From positions 12,605 through 76,604 of the forward strand of contig CAZFBA010000017.1 in assembly GCA_964517135.1 (NCBI GenBank): a stretch of DNA of 64,000 bases. Direction: 5' to 3'. Of this stretch, positions 28,331 to 38,700 are shown in pieces. Made by a program: the position numbers and the translations under genes. The notes beneath the pieces are model-generated. The model was not told the DNA's origin and made no database searches. It saw only the letters and a program-made list of their open reading frames with translations. Within the stretch, counting starts at the first letter, position 1, and every line of letters starts with the position of its first letter. This DNA is from an uncultured Gammaproteobacteria bacterium (GTDB lineage Bacteria; Cyanobacteriota; Vampirovibrionia; JBFMGH01).

Positions 28331-29866
28331 TTAATCTGATTCTTCAGGGAGTTTTGTAAACTCTATGTAGTCATCGCCAAATTGTGGTACCAGCGGCATA
28401 GAGAGAGAATAGATTTCTCCATCTTTATTCATGTTAAAAACAGTTTTCATTGCAGGCTCTTCAGTATCTTCAGGATTGTAAGCCTCAAATACATCGTAAT
28501 GATAATGCCTGAAAGCAAATGTATCCTTATTATATTTGCCCTTAAGGATATTACCATCAAGTGTAACTTCTAATATACCGTACCCGGGATCGGTATATTT
28601 ACCTGTATATTCAATCAGGGTATGTGAAGGCCTGGTTTTTGGAACACGTTTTTCTTTTGAGAGTTCTTTTTGCTTTATATAATAGTCTTCAGCTTTTTTG
28701 ATATCTTCAAGAAAGCGGTTGCTCCAGTCAATGGGGTCAAGCCCCAGAAGGCGATCATATGCATTATAAGCCAGAGGGCCTGCTGCTTCTGATGCTCTAT
28801 TGGTCAGTATTACTATACCTGTTTTTTCATCAGGCATAAAAGATGCATGAGTTCTGAAACCATCTATTTCACCCTCATGAACGATAATATTATATCCTCT
28901 ATAACTTGTTATTCCCCAGCCAGGTGCATAAAATGTATAGAAAAACTCTTTATAGACAACAGGATCCGGTCTGACTATTGCCGGAAAATGAATCTGATAA
29001 AGTGTTACAGGTGATAAAACTTGTTTACCTTGAAACTCTCCTTTATTAATGTTAAAGATAAGCCAGTCAGACATATCAAGAACATTAGAATACATGCAGC
29101 CTGCCGGGCCTATATTTTCAAGATCATTAAAAGGTATTTGCTTAATTTTGTTGTTTTTATACTCATATGGAAGAGAGAAATCTTTCTGTTGTTGAAGTTC
29201 GTCAAGTAAGAATCCGGTATTTTGCATATTGAGAGGGTTGAGAATTTTTTCTCTGATGCAATCATCCCATTTAATGCCGGAAAGTTCTTCAATAACTTTG
29301 CCGGCGATGATATATAGCATATTATTATATTGCCAGCAGCGCCCTGGAGCATGATTTAGCTTTAAATATGGTATTCTATTTATGATTTCATCTTTTGAGA
29401 GGCCAGATTTAAACCATACTGCGTCGTGGCCGGGTAATCCGCTGGAGTGTATCAGGAGATCCTTAACAGTTACGTGTGTTGTAGCGTAGTTGTCAGCAAG
29501 TCTGAAGCCTGGCAGGTGTTTTATAACGGGATCATCCCACTGAAGGTGCCCTTCTTCAACCAGAGCTCCTGCAGCAGTTGCGGTAAAAGCTTTCGTTAAA
29601 GAAGCAATAGGAAAAAGAGTTTCTTTATTAACCGGGAGGCTCTCATTGACATTACGTAACCCAAAACCCTTAGCATAAATAACCTTATCTTCTTTAACTA
29701 TTGCTATGGCTGCTCCTGGTATGTGCCAGTCTTGCAAGACTTTTTCAACATATTCATTGTAATCTTTCAGTATATCAGTCTTTTCTCTTGTCATAGATTC
29801 TGCTTTTACCCCCATACAAAATATAATAGACATTAAAAAAATCAAAAAGGCTAATTTTGCTGGCAT
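28331..29866 (-). CDS. Exported serine hydrolase, beta-lactamase class C-like (S12) with DUF3471-like tail
   Basis: Signal peptide, SxxK in IASLTK, YxN in QYNN, HEG motif. Confidence 0.9.
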   Translation of the reverse strand: MPAKLAFLIFLMSIIFCMGVKAESMTREKTDILKDYNEYVEKVLQDWHIPGAAIAIVKEDKVIYAKGFGLRNVNESLPVNKETLFPIASLTKAFTATAAGALVEEGHLQWDDPVIKHLPGFRLADNYATTHVTVKDLLIHSSGLPGHDAVWFKSGLSKDEIINRIPYLKLNHAPGRCWQYNNMLYIIAGKVIEELSGIKWDDCIREKILNPLNMQNTGFLLDELQQQKDFSLPYEYKNNKIKQIPFNDLENIGPAGCMYSNVLDMSDWLIFNINKGEFQGKQVLSPVTLYQIHFPAIVRPDPVVYKEFFYTFYAPGWGITSYRGYNIIVHEGEIDGFRTHASFMPDEKTGIVILTNRASEAAGPLAYNAYDRLLGLDPIDWSNRFLEDIKKAEDYYIKQKELSKEKRVPKTRPSHTLIEYTGKYTDPGYGILEVTLDGNILKGKYNKDTFAFRHYHYDVFEAYNPEDTEEPAMKTVFNMNKDGEIYSLSMPLVPQFGDDYIEFTKLPEESD

Positions 29867-30389
29867 TATTTATACCTCATTATCTGATAGAGTTTTATAC
29901 ATAAATAAATTAACATAAAAACCCCTGTGTATTATTAATAAGTGTAGATCTTAATCTCTCTCCGGGAGGAGAAATTGAAGGATCATTATAATTCATGCAT
30001 TTGCTATTAAAAACTTTTGGTTTAATATAATGCTAAAAGTCTTTTTAAGTATAGTGAATGGTTAATTCAATAGTGTTATTACCAGCAAACAATACATGAT
30101 GAGACTCCAGATTATTCATACAAATTATTGGCCAACATTTAATTATAATATCTAAATGTAGAGTTTATTACTTAACAAACGTTACTTTTACTTGAAATCT
30201 CATTTTTGCCCAAAAGCCCGGCTGTCAGTGGCATATAGCTAACTAAAAAATCTATTTAATGGTGAAAAATAACTAATTATAGTAAAAACATGGCAATTTC
30301 TTGTTGTTTTTTGTTTTTTTTAAAATAGGAGACATTCTCTTAAGTGGGACTAAATTTCGAATTACGGAATACTCGGAGGTATATAGTAG

Positions 30390-31487
30390 ATGGTATCATT
30401 AGGTTTTGGGTGGAACTATAATTTTCAACTTCCACAGAATAGTTACTCTAATGGTTTTACCGGTTCTTATTCACAGAATAGCGGCAGCTATCTTACCGGT
30501 CAGGGCAACCCGCTGGATGCATTAACTTCAGCGCTTTCGGTTATTAATGGCGGTAATTACGGTAATCCTTACGGGCTTGATTTTGGCAATCAGGGTTATA
30601 ATTCACCATTACAGTATCAACCTCAAGTACCTTTCGGTTCACCATTTTCAATGCCTGGTAATCAGGCAGCACCATACCAGATGCAAAATGATCCGCTGGC
30701 AGCCAATAAAATGCTCGGAGCTCATCTGGAAAATATCGGACGAGACCTGCAAGATGACGGCATCATTAACAACAGTCATCTGCAACAACAACAGCAACAG
30801 CAACAAATGAACCCTATGCAGCAAATGATGCAAATGATGATGCAGATGATGATGCAAATAATGATGATGATTATGCAAATGCTCGGGATGAATCCACAGC
30901 AGGCACAGCAAATGCATCAGCAATTACAACAGATGATGAGCAGTATGCCGGGTATGCAAAATATGAATCTTCCTGCACCCCCTCAGTATGCAAATAATGG
31001 TGGTGCACATGCAACAGCCTCTGCTGGCCCTAATGGTGCTTCTGCTTCTGCCTCTGCTGGCAATAGTCATGCAGCAGCTTCTTCTAATGCTAATGCACCT
31101 GCTTATCAACCACAGGGTAGTACTGCTAAAGGCAGACAAATAGCTGCAAATGCTGAAAGAACTGCCAGAGAACTTGGCACAACTGGCTGGTGTGCAAAAG
31201 GTGTTAGAATAGCCCTCGAAAGGTCAGGCATTCACGGTGTAGGCGCAGCTTCTGCTTATCAGGTAGCTGATAAACTTGCCAGAAATTCAAACTTCCAGGA
31301 AGTTAATGTTCAAAGAAATGACCTGAAAAATCTTCCTGCTGGTGCTGTTGTGGTCTGGGATAGGTGTCCGGGTCATAAGCACGGTCACATTTCAATTGCA
31401 CTCGGTGATGGACGTGAGGCCAGTGACCACATACAACAACAGATGACCAATTATGGCCCACGCTATAGAGTCTTTTTACCCAAGTAA
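30390..31487 (+). CDS. Gln/Met-rich protein with a C-terminal CHAP/NlpC-P60-like Cys-His domain
   Basis: SD GGAGGT; polyQ and QMMQMMMQ block; GWCAKGV...LPAGAVVVWD...HGHISIALGDG. Confidence 0.8.
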   Translation: MVSLGFGWNYNFQLPQNSYSNGFTGSYSQNSGSYLTGQGNPLDALTSALSVINGGNYGNPYGLDFGNQGYNSPLQYQPQVPFGSPFSMPGNQAAPYQMQNDPLAANKMLGAHLENIGRDLQDDGIINNSHLQQQQQQQQMNPMQQMMQMMMQMMMQIMMMIMQMLGMNPQQAQQMHQQLQQMMSSMPGMQNMNLPAPPQYANNGGAHATASAGPNGASASASAGNSHAAASSNANAPAYQPQGSTAKGRQIAANAERTARELGTTGWCAKGVRIALERSGIHGVGAASAYQVADKLARNSNFQEVNVQRNDLKNLPAGAVVVWDRCPGHKHGHISIALGDGREASDHIQQQMTNYGPRYRVFLPK

Positions 31488-31513
31488 TTTAAACTGAGAA
31501 GTTTATAAATTGC

Positions 31514-31540
31514 AGAAGGCACCCTTTCCGGGTGTTTTCT
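31514..31540 (+). terminator. Probable intrinsic terminator
   Basis: AGAAGGCACCC/GGGTGTTTTCT stem 26 nt after the stop. Confidence 0.55.
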
Positions 31541-31675
31541 GGTTTTGAGCCTCTGAAAATATTTTCATAAAAGTAAGGTAAGACCGTTTTGCTTTAATAC
31601 ATAATTTAGAGGAGGCAAAAAAACCTCCAGATAATTATAGTAAATATAGCGAAGGGGTTATTTTTCGGGGTACTT

Positions 31676-31852
31676 ATGAAAAAATACATTGAAGATGAAC
31701 TCAATGATGCCATGAATACTCTTGAAGTATTGATCAATTCAGAACATCAGGATCTTATAATGGGCGTTTTAAGCTCATATATAAGAAACAAGAAGGTCGA
31801 TAAGGCCATGATGACTGAGGCATCTAGAATTACACAAGCACTATGTAAATAA
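31676..31852 (+). CDS. Small hypothetical protein, 58 aa (below the ORF-track cutoff)
   Basis: MKKYIEDELNDAMNTLEVLINSEHQDLIMGVLSSYIRNKKVDKAMMTEASRITQALCK; helical character, fills an otherwise empty interval. Confidence 0.55.
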   Translation: MKKYIEDELNDAMNTLEVLINSEHQDLIMGVLSSYIRNKKVDKAMMTEASRITQALCK

Positions 31853-32192
31853 AGGGAAGCCTGTTAAAGAAAACTGTTATAATAACCTGCTATTATATTG
31901 TCTTTAGCTGGTTATAGTTTTTATCTAAAAGGGGTTTCGTTTAAGTGTATAACTTAAAAAATTTTTAATGTTCAAAAAAGGCTCTAATTAGAATTTTACT
32001 GCACAAAAACAATCCTGATATTGTTGTTTTGCATCTTTGAAAAACTTAAAGTTTTGAAAATACTTTATTACAACTATTGGCTTAAATTTGTTTTTATGTA
32101 AATCTATAATATAATATCTATAAGGTTACAGCATGAATGTAACAATTGATATTCTTGTTTTTAGACGTTCCCCCAAGGAGAAAAGAGCAAAG

Positions 32193-33773
32193 ATGAACCA
32201 GATAATAGAAACAGCCGGATTAAAAAACGTTAATAACGTTTATTACCAGCTTTCAGTAGCAGAAATAATTGAACACGCCCTCAGAAATAATGAAGGTCAA
32301 TTATCTGAAAAAGGTGCGCTGGTAACCAGAACCGGGGCCTACACCGGCAGGTCTCCTAATGATAGATACATTGTTGATACCCCTGATGTTCACAACAACA
32401 TTAACTGGGGCAAAATAAACAAATCTATTTCAGAAGAGAAATTTAATATTGTTTATGAAAAGATGATAAAATATTTTGAAGGAAAGAATACATATGTATT
32501 TGATGGTTACATAGGCGCAGACCCCAAATATAGATATTCAAGCAGGTTTATTACCGAGCTTGCTTCTCAAAATCTCTTTTGTAATTGTGTATTCAGAAAA
32601 GCAAGCGGTGAACAACTGAATGACTTCAAACCTGACTGGACAGTAATAAGTGCTTCACACCTTTCATTGAACCCAAAGGAACTGGATATAAACTCAGAAG
32701 CCGCTGTGTTGCTTAACTTTGAGAAAAAGATGATTCTTGTAGTTGCCACACAGTATGCAGGAGAAATTAAAAAATCTATATTTACTGTTATGAACTATGT
32801 TTACCCGGGAGATAATGTATTTCCCATGCATTGTTCCTGTAATGTTGGTGAAGATGGTGCATCAGCACTATTCTTCGGACTTTCCGGCACAGGCAAGACG
32901 ACTCTTTCTGCTGATCCTAATAGATATCTTATAGGTGATGATGAACATGGCTGGTCAGATGATGGTATTTTCAACTTTGAAAATGGTTGTTATGCAAAGA
33001 CTATAAAGCTTTCAAGAGAAAATGAACCCCAGATCTGGGATTCAATTAAGTTTGGCTCACTAGCTGAAAACGTTGTTATGGATCCAGAAACCAGAGTTTT
33101 AGACTTTGATGATGGAAGTATAACTGAAAATACACGGGCTTCATATCCGGTAGATTTTATACCCAACGCACTGACAGAAGGCGTGACCAATCATCCTAAA
33201 GCTATAGTATTTCTGACAGCTGATGCTTTTGGTGTAATGCCTCCAGTGTCAAAGCTTAATAAAGAGCAGGCCCAGTATCACTTTATTAGTGGCTATACAA
33301 GCAAACTGGCTGGTACAGAGAGAGGTATAACAGAACCGCAGGCTGCTTTTTCAACCTGTTTTGGTGCTCCATTTATGCCATTACAATCTTATAAATATGC
33401 TGAAATGCTTACCAGAAAGCTTGAAGAGCATGATACAAATGTATATATCATTAATACTGGCTGGTCAGGTGGCCCTTATGGGGTCGGAGAAAGAATCAGC
33501 ATACCTTATACCAGGGCAATGGTAGATGCAGTATTATCTGGAGAGATTGAAAAGGCTGAATTCTGGGTTCACCCTGTTTTCAACGTTATGGTTCCTAAAA
33601 GCTGTCCGGGTGTGCCTTCAGAGGTTTTAGATCCGAAATCAACCTGGCATGATAAAGCAAAATATGATGAACAGGCTGCAAGACTAGCTGAAATGTTCGT
33701 AGAAAACTTTAAAAAATTCCAGAATGTAGATCATCTTGTTAAACAGGGACCACAAGTACCTGTTAACAGTTAA
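32193..33773 (+). CDS. pckA: Phosphoenolpyruvate carboxykinase (ATP)
   Basis: TGRSPNDR, YAGEIKKS, MHCSCN, FGLSGTGKTTLSADP, IGDDEHGW, NTRASYP; ATG 32193 behind AAGGAG. Confidence 0.98.
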   Translation: MNQIIETAGLKNVNNVYYQLSVAEIIEHALRNNEGQLSEKGALVTRTGAYTGRSPNDRYIVDTPDVHNNINWGKINKSISEEKFNIVYEKMIKYFEGKNTYVFDGYIGADPKYRYSSRFITELASQNLFCNCVFRKASGEQLNDFKPDWTVISASHLSLNPKELDINSEAAVLLNFEKKMILVVATQYAGEIKKSIFTVMNYVYPGDNVFPMHCSCNVGEDGASALFFGLSGTGKTTLSADPNRYLIGDDEHGWSDDGIFNFENGCYAKTIKLSRENEPQIWDSIKFGSLAENVVMDPETRVLDFDDGSITENTRASYPVDFIPNALTEGVTNHPKAIVFLTADAFGVMPPVSKLNKEQAQYHFISGYTSKLAGTERGITEPQAAFSTCFGAPFMPLQSYKYAEMLTRKLEEHDTNVYIINTGWSGGPYGVGERISIPYTRAMVDAVLSGEIEKAEFWVHPVFNVMVPKSCPGVPSEVLDPKSTWHDKAKYDEQAARLAEMFVENFKKFQNVDHLVKQGPQVPVNS

Positions 33774-33793
33774 TACATCTAATAAATTCTGTC

Positions 33794-33828
33794 AAAGCAG
33801 CATTATTAATACTTGATGCTGCTTTTTT
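33794..33828 (+). terminator. Intrinsic terminator of pckA
   Basis: AAGCAGCAT/ATGCTGCTT stem plus T-run. Confidence 0.75.
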
Positions 33829-34268
33829 GATTGTTATACGAAGTTGCCATCAAAAGACAACTGATTCCTGAGACACTGGAAAACCCTCAAAAGAATCTGG
33901 TGAAAAGTTGTGTCTTGAAAGCAAACTGATATTATTTATCTCTTTAATGATTCCTGTTTCAGCTATCTCAGAGTTACCCCTATTTATGTAATACTTTTTA
34001 AAAATTGTAACTGAAAAACAGCATAATAAAACAGCTAATACCTTTTTATTAAAATAGATTGCGCTTTTCAAACAATAGGTTTGATGTTTTGAAGGTTTTT
34101 TAGAACGATTAAACCTTCTTTTCTGTTGTATAGTTAAAGTTTGGCTGCAAAAAACAGTCTTGTGACTGTCATTTAATAACATAAATTGCTTCATACTTTG
34201 TTCACTAACTATTTTGTAACAATTCTGGTATGATTGTTTATGAGAAAATTTTATTCAGGGTATGAAGT

Positions 34269-36092
34269 ATGAAAGTATTATTAGTATTTCCACCACAGTG
34301 GACCCCATTCTCTCCGCCTCTGACACTGCCTGTATTAACAGGCTATCTGAGACATAATGGTATTGAAACAATTCAAATCGATGCCAACGTAGATTTTTAT
34401 AACTATATTCTCTCTAAAGACTTTATTAGAAAAGTTAAAAGTCATGTTGATACCTTTATGGATAGATGTAACAACATGATTGGTACTGAAAAAAACCTTG
34501 ATATACTGCCAGAAGAAAGCAGAATTAAATATAATGTCATAAAGGGTATCTTTAAAGACCTTGGCCCCTGGTGGCCAGACCTTGAAACCAATACCGAGCG
34601 AGCTGTTGCTATTCTTAAGGATCCTGAGAAGTTTTTTCAACCACTCTGCCTTGCTGAAGCCATTTATCATTTGAAATATTCTCTTCAGGCCTGTGGGCTT
34701 GCATATTTTCCTTCTGACATTCTCTTAAATTACTACAGTAACTTTAATTACAAGCTTAATACTGAGTCATTAAAACTGGCCTCAGAAGATAAAGAAGGGA
34801 ATATATTCTTAGAATATTATGAGAAAAAGCTTATTAATCGAATTACCTCTGAAAAGCCTGATATAGTAGGCATTTCAATTAACTGCAATACTCAATTAAT
34901 AGCTGGAATAACTCTTGCTAAAAAATTGAAGTCTGTTTTACCCCACTCTCATATCAATATAGGTGGCAATTTATTTACTAGAACCAGAGATGTAATAGAA
35001 AATAACCCCGGTATATTTGATAATATGCTTGATACAGTGATTTTAAGCGAAGGAGAATTGCCTCTATTAAAGCTGGTAGAAGCTATAAGAGATAAAAACA
35101 ATGATTATACAAATGTGCCAAATTTAATTTATAAGAAAAATAGTAATATTATTGTAAACAAAGAGAATGAGGCCGAAAACATTAATAACCTTCCGGCACC
35201 TGATTTTAAGGGGTTAGATTTTACCCAATATTTGAGCCCGGAGACTATATTCCCTGTTCAGTCGTCACGGGGATGTTACTGGAAGGGTTGTAGCTTCTGT
35301 GATCATCATCATGGCTTTAAGTATACTGTTAAGACCCCTCAAAAGCTTATTGCAGAACTTAAAGAACTGACTGAAAAATTTAATGCAAAATATTTTTATT
35401 TTGTTGATGAGGCAATATCGCCCAACTATATGAAAAATATGTCTAAACGTATTATTGAAGAGCTTCCTGGTATTTCATGGTATACCTGTGCACGTGCTGA
35501 AGAAGGTTTCACAAAAGAAGTCTGTGATGTGGCTCAGAAAGCTGGTTTAAAGCTTATTTTATGGGGGTTAGAATCAGGGTCTGAAAGGGTTCTTAAGCTT
35601 ATCAACAAGGGTATAACTAAAGATACTTACCTTAAAATACTCAGAAATTCTTCAGATGTCGGTGTATGGAACCATGCCTTCGTTTTCTTTGGCTTTCCTT
35701 CAGAAGAACTGGTAGAAACCATTGAAACAACCAATATGCTTGTAGAAAATAAAGACATTATTCACTCATACGGAATGGGACCATTCAGTCTTGGCAAGTA
35801 TTCTCCTATAGCCAACAACCCGGATCAGTTTTTTATTGACTATATAGCACCAACAGATCAGGAATTTGCGACGGCAACAGATAATTTTACTACTACACAG
35901 GGGCTTACACGTGATGAAGTGAATAATATTGTTCTTTATAATACTGAATACTGTGCAGAGATGTATGGTTACCCGCTTTGGCTCAGTATTGGCGGTTATA
36001 AAGATCATATTTTCCTTTATCTCAGTAAATATGGTCCTAAAGTACTTTCTTATTCTCCTGATGAGGCTGTACAGGCGTTTGGATCGTTCTAG
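34269..36092 (+). CDS. B12-binding-domain radical SAM protein
   Basis: N-terminal cobalamin-binding-type region (VLLVFPP..., INIGG), SRGCYWKGCSFC cluster motif, YFVDEA, GLESGSERVL. Confidence 0.88.
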   Translation: MKVLLVFPPQWTPFSPPLTLPVLTGYLRHNGIETIQIDANVDFYNYILSKDFIRKVKSHVDTFMDRCNNMIGTEKNLDILPEESRIKYNVIKGIFKDLGPWWPDLETNTERAVAILKDPEKFFQPLCLAEAIYHLKYSLQACGLAYFPSDILLNYYSNFNYKLNTESLKLASEDKEGNIFLEYYEKKLINRITSEKPDIVGISINCNTQLIAGITLAKKLKSVLPHSHINIGGNLFTRTRDVIENNPGIFDNMLDTVILSEGELPLLKLVEAIRDKNNDYTNVPNLIYKKNSNIIVNKENEAENINNLPAPDFKGLDFTQYLSPETIFPVQSSRGCYWKGCSFCDHHHGFKYTVKTPQKLIAELKELTEKFNAKYFYFVDEAISPNYMKNMSKRIIEELPGISWYTCARAEEGFTKEVCDVAQKAGLKLILWGLESGSERVLKLINKGITKDTYLKILRNSSDVGVWNHAFVFFGFPSEELVETIETTNMLVENKDIIHSYGMGPFSLGKYSPIANNPDQFFIDYIAPTDQEFATATDNFTTTQGLTRDEVNNIVLYNTEYCAEMYGYPLWLSIGGYKDHIFLYLSKYGPKVLSYSPDEAVQAFGSF

Positions 36093-36226
36093 GTTTAAGT
36101 TCTTACAGTTCAGTATTTTTTGAAGACCACCTAATCAATAACAAAATGCAATGTTAAGAATCCGGTGAAAAGTTATGCTTTGAAATATCTATTGCAGTTC
36201 TTTTGGGCTCAGATGATTTAAAACAA

Positions 36227-36250
36227 ACAGGGCAGTTTGATCTGCCCTGT
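36227..36250 (-). terminator. Terminator between the convergent radical SAM and TpsB genes
   Basis: ACAGGGCAG/CTGCCCTGT stem; T-rich tail on the minus strand. Confidence 0.7.
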
Positions 36251-36279
36251 CTTATATTATGAAAGTCTTTTAACAACTA

Positions 36280-37947
36280 CTAGAATGGATTTGCCTGAAG
36301 GCCAAAGTGCATTCTGGCTGTTGGTTGCGGATCTTCTCTGCGACCAAGGGCAAAGCCCCAGTCAATTCTGCCACTAACATACTTGGTAATTGCGCCTCTG
36401 AGACCAAAACCAATACCTGTTAGATAATCAGTATGGTGAGCAGTGGTTCCATCCAAGAATGTTCCACCGTGATCAATGAACAATACGCCTCTTATTCTGT
36501 CTCTTACAGCAAGTTTACCAATATGTTTAGGTAATGGTAAAGGAACTCTCAGCTCAGCACTGAAGAAGTATCCTTTATCACCAATTAAGAGACCTTCTGA
36601 ATAGCCTCTAACTGTAGAGCTGCCGCCAAGCTGGAACTGTTCAACAGGAGGTAAATTATCACCTGTCAGCTGTGTAGCACCTCTAAAGATACCAATAACA
36701 CCGTGTCCAAAGTTATGGAGTCTTGTTACTGAACCATCGTACTTAAAGAAGCGGGAACTACCACCAAGAAGATCAAGACCATTAACGAAAGCATGTCTTG
36801 ACATCCATCTGCCCCATTTGTCACGATATTCAAAATTAAGTGCTGCTGTTAAGGTTCTTACTTGAGTCGGGCTAAGCCTTAAGTCAAAAGCGTTAATGTG
36901 TGTATATACCTGACGGAAGTTTACACCCATTTCTCCTGTGAAATCAAATTTTCTTGTAGATATAAACGGGTGGGTAACAAAACCGCCATAATTATAAGAC
37001 TGACCGGTAATATCAAGGGGTTTAAATGGCCCTTTGGTAATTTTAATATTACTGAAAGCAAAAGAGCCGCCCAGTCTTGTGCCATATTTTCCGACAGGGA
37101 AGCTATAGTTTGAATAAGCAACATCAGTTGATTTTGCTCTTGAATAACCCATTACAAATCTATCTCTGAAACCAAAAAGGCTATCAGAAGAGAACGCAAC
37201 TCCACCACGCAGAACACCAACAGTACTTCTGCCGGTGTTGTCAAATGTACCGCTCAGATGGAACGGAAACGGGTCATTAGCAACAAGCTGAATATCTGTT
37301 TCGCCAACTTCTTCACCGGGTTTCAGGCTGGCTCTTAATTTGACAATATGCTGCCTGTTAAATTTTAAAATATCGTTTTCAAGTTCTTTGAGGTCAAAAA
37401 GTTCACCGGGCTTTTCAGAGATTCTTGCTTCAATGTAGCTCCGTTTAGTCCATTTATTGCCTTCGATAGAGATGTTTCCTACACGGCCTTCAATCAGTTT
37501 TATAGTTATAATACCACTTTTAACTGTTTGAGGTGGCAAATATGCTCTTGCTGTAATGAATCCTTTTTTTACATATAGAGCATTAATATCATTGGTAATA
37601 TCTTTGAGTTGATCAATACCAAGTTGTTTACCAACATACTTGCTGGTAATACTATTAATTTCTTCTTCAGACAAGATTTCAGACTGATTAATATCAAATT
37701 GTCTGACAAGAACCTTAACCTGTCCATCATCCATAGTCTGGGGTTGTCTTGTATCAGGCTCCACTTCTTCTACATCGGCCTGCGAAGATTGATCATCTTC
37801 GATAAAATCTTCATTTCTCTCAAGCTGTGTTTCTTTAGGAGTACTTTCTTCTATTGCCCCGGCGTCTGGCATAGGATTCTGTGCATAAACACTTTGAGAA
37901 AAAATAAAGAAAGTTACTAAGAGGCTGTAAATAAGTTTATTTTTCAC
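36280..37947 (-). CDS. ShlB/FhaC/HecB family two-partner secretion outer-membrane protein (TpsB)
   Basis: Signal peptide, POTRA (YVKKGFITARAYLPPQ), DNTGRSTVG, QFQLGGSSTVRGYSEG, C-terminal Phe. Confidence 0.92.
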   Translation of the reverse strand: MKNKLIYSLLVTFFIFSQSVYAQNPMPDAGAIEESTPKETQLERNEDFIEDDQSSQADVEEVEPDTRQPQTMDDGQVKVLVRQFDINQSEILSEEEINSITSKYVGKQLGIDQLKDITNDINALYVKKGFITARAYLPPQTVKSGIITIKLIEGRVGNISIEGNKWTKRSYIEARISEKPGELFDLKELENDILKFNRQHIVKLRASLKPGEEVGETDIQLVANDPFPFHLSGTFDNTGRSTVGVLRGGVAFSSDSLFGFRDRFVMGYSRAKSTDVAYSNYSFPVGKYGTRLGGSFAFSNIKITKGPFKPLDITGQSYNYGGFVTHPFISTRKFDFTGEMGVNFRQVYTHINAFDLRLSPTQVRTLTAALNFEYRDKWGRWMSRHAFVNGLDLLGGSSRFFKYDGSVTRLHNFGHGVIGIFRGATQLTGDNLPPVEQFQLGGSSTVRGYSEGLLIGDKGYFFSAELRVPLPLPKHIGKLAVRDRIRGVLFIDHGGTFLDGTTAHHTDYLTGIGFGLRGAITKYVSGRIDWGFALGRREDPQPTARMHFGLQANPF

Positions 37948-38146
37948 TTTCGTAACCCCCGGTTTTATTCATGTCGGTCGTTAACATTAAATTTTAAAAA
38001 TAATGAAAAAGCAATCATTATTTTTGTATCTCCTTTCGAGATATATATCAGAACTATTATAATAAGCTCTGTGGATTAATATATCATTTAAAGAATTGAT
38101 GTTGAGTATTTTTATAAAATTTTAATTTATGCTATACAATGCAATT

Positions 38147-38587
38147 TCAAGTGTATAGACCTACAACATTAACGTTAAAGGGTCTTTCAAGTATTAATTC
38201 GCCAAGCAGTTCATTTTTTGTTTCTTCTGAATCTTTGATATCAAAAGATTCTTTATAAACCTGAAAAGAAAAGCCTTTGTCATTATCTATAATAAGGCCA
38301 AGATTCTTGACGACAGCAGTATAAATATGTGTATTATCTACGATTTCAACATCTGCAAACCCAATTTTTTTGGATTCTTTTTCAGGAATTTGAGTTGCAA
38401 TATGGATTCTGTGCTTACCTGATTCCCAGCCCGGGCCGCATATAATTGCCAGATCAAACTTACCTTTTGCGGGCAATTCATTTACTGCCAGGTGCTGACA
38501 GACATCCATAAATGAAAAAATGCCATGATCATTGCGAACAACTTCTCTTGCCAGTATCAAATATTGTGATGGTTGCATGGTTGCCAT
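38147..38587 (-). CDS. Hypothetical beta-sandwich-type protein (DUF6941-like)
   Basis: YLILAREVVRNDHGIFSF start resembles that family; the family assignment is tentative. Confidence 0.65.
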   Translation of the reverse strand: MATMQPSQYLILAREVVRNDHGIFSFMDVCQHLAVNELPAKGKFDLAIICGPGWESGKHRIHIATQIPEKESKKIGFADVEIVDNTHIYTAVVKNLGLIIDNDKGFSFQVYKESFDIKDSEETKNELLGELILERPFNVNVVGLYT

Positions 38588-38700
38588 TCCTTTAACTAAA
38601 TTACATAACTACATTTAAATAAACAACTTTATCTAATCAATTTTTATACCAGAAATGATAATTTTTTGCATGTTAAAACTCTCTTTTATTCAATGCAATA

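Noticed and set aside
33850-34194. 114-aa minus-strand ORF between pckA and the radical SAM gene
   Set aside because: No SD or motif, and composition resembles AT-rich intergenic DNA; not excluded, but unsupported
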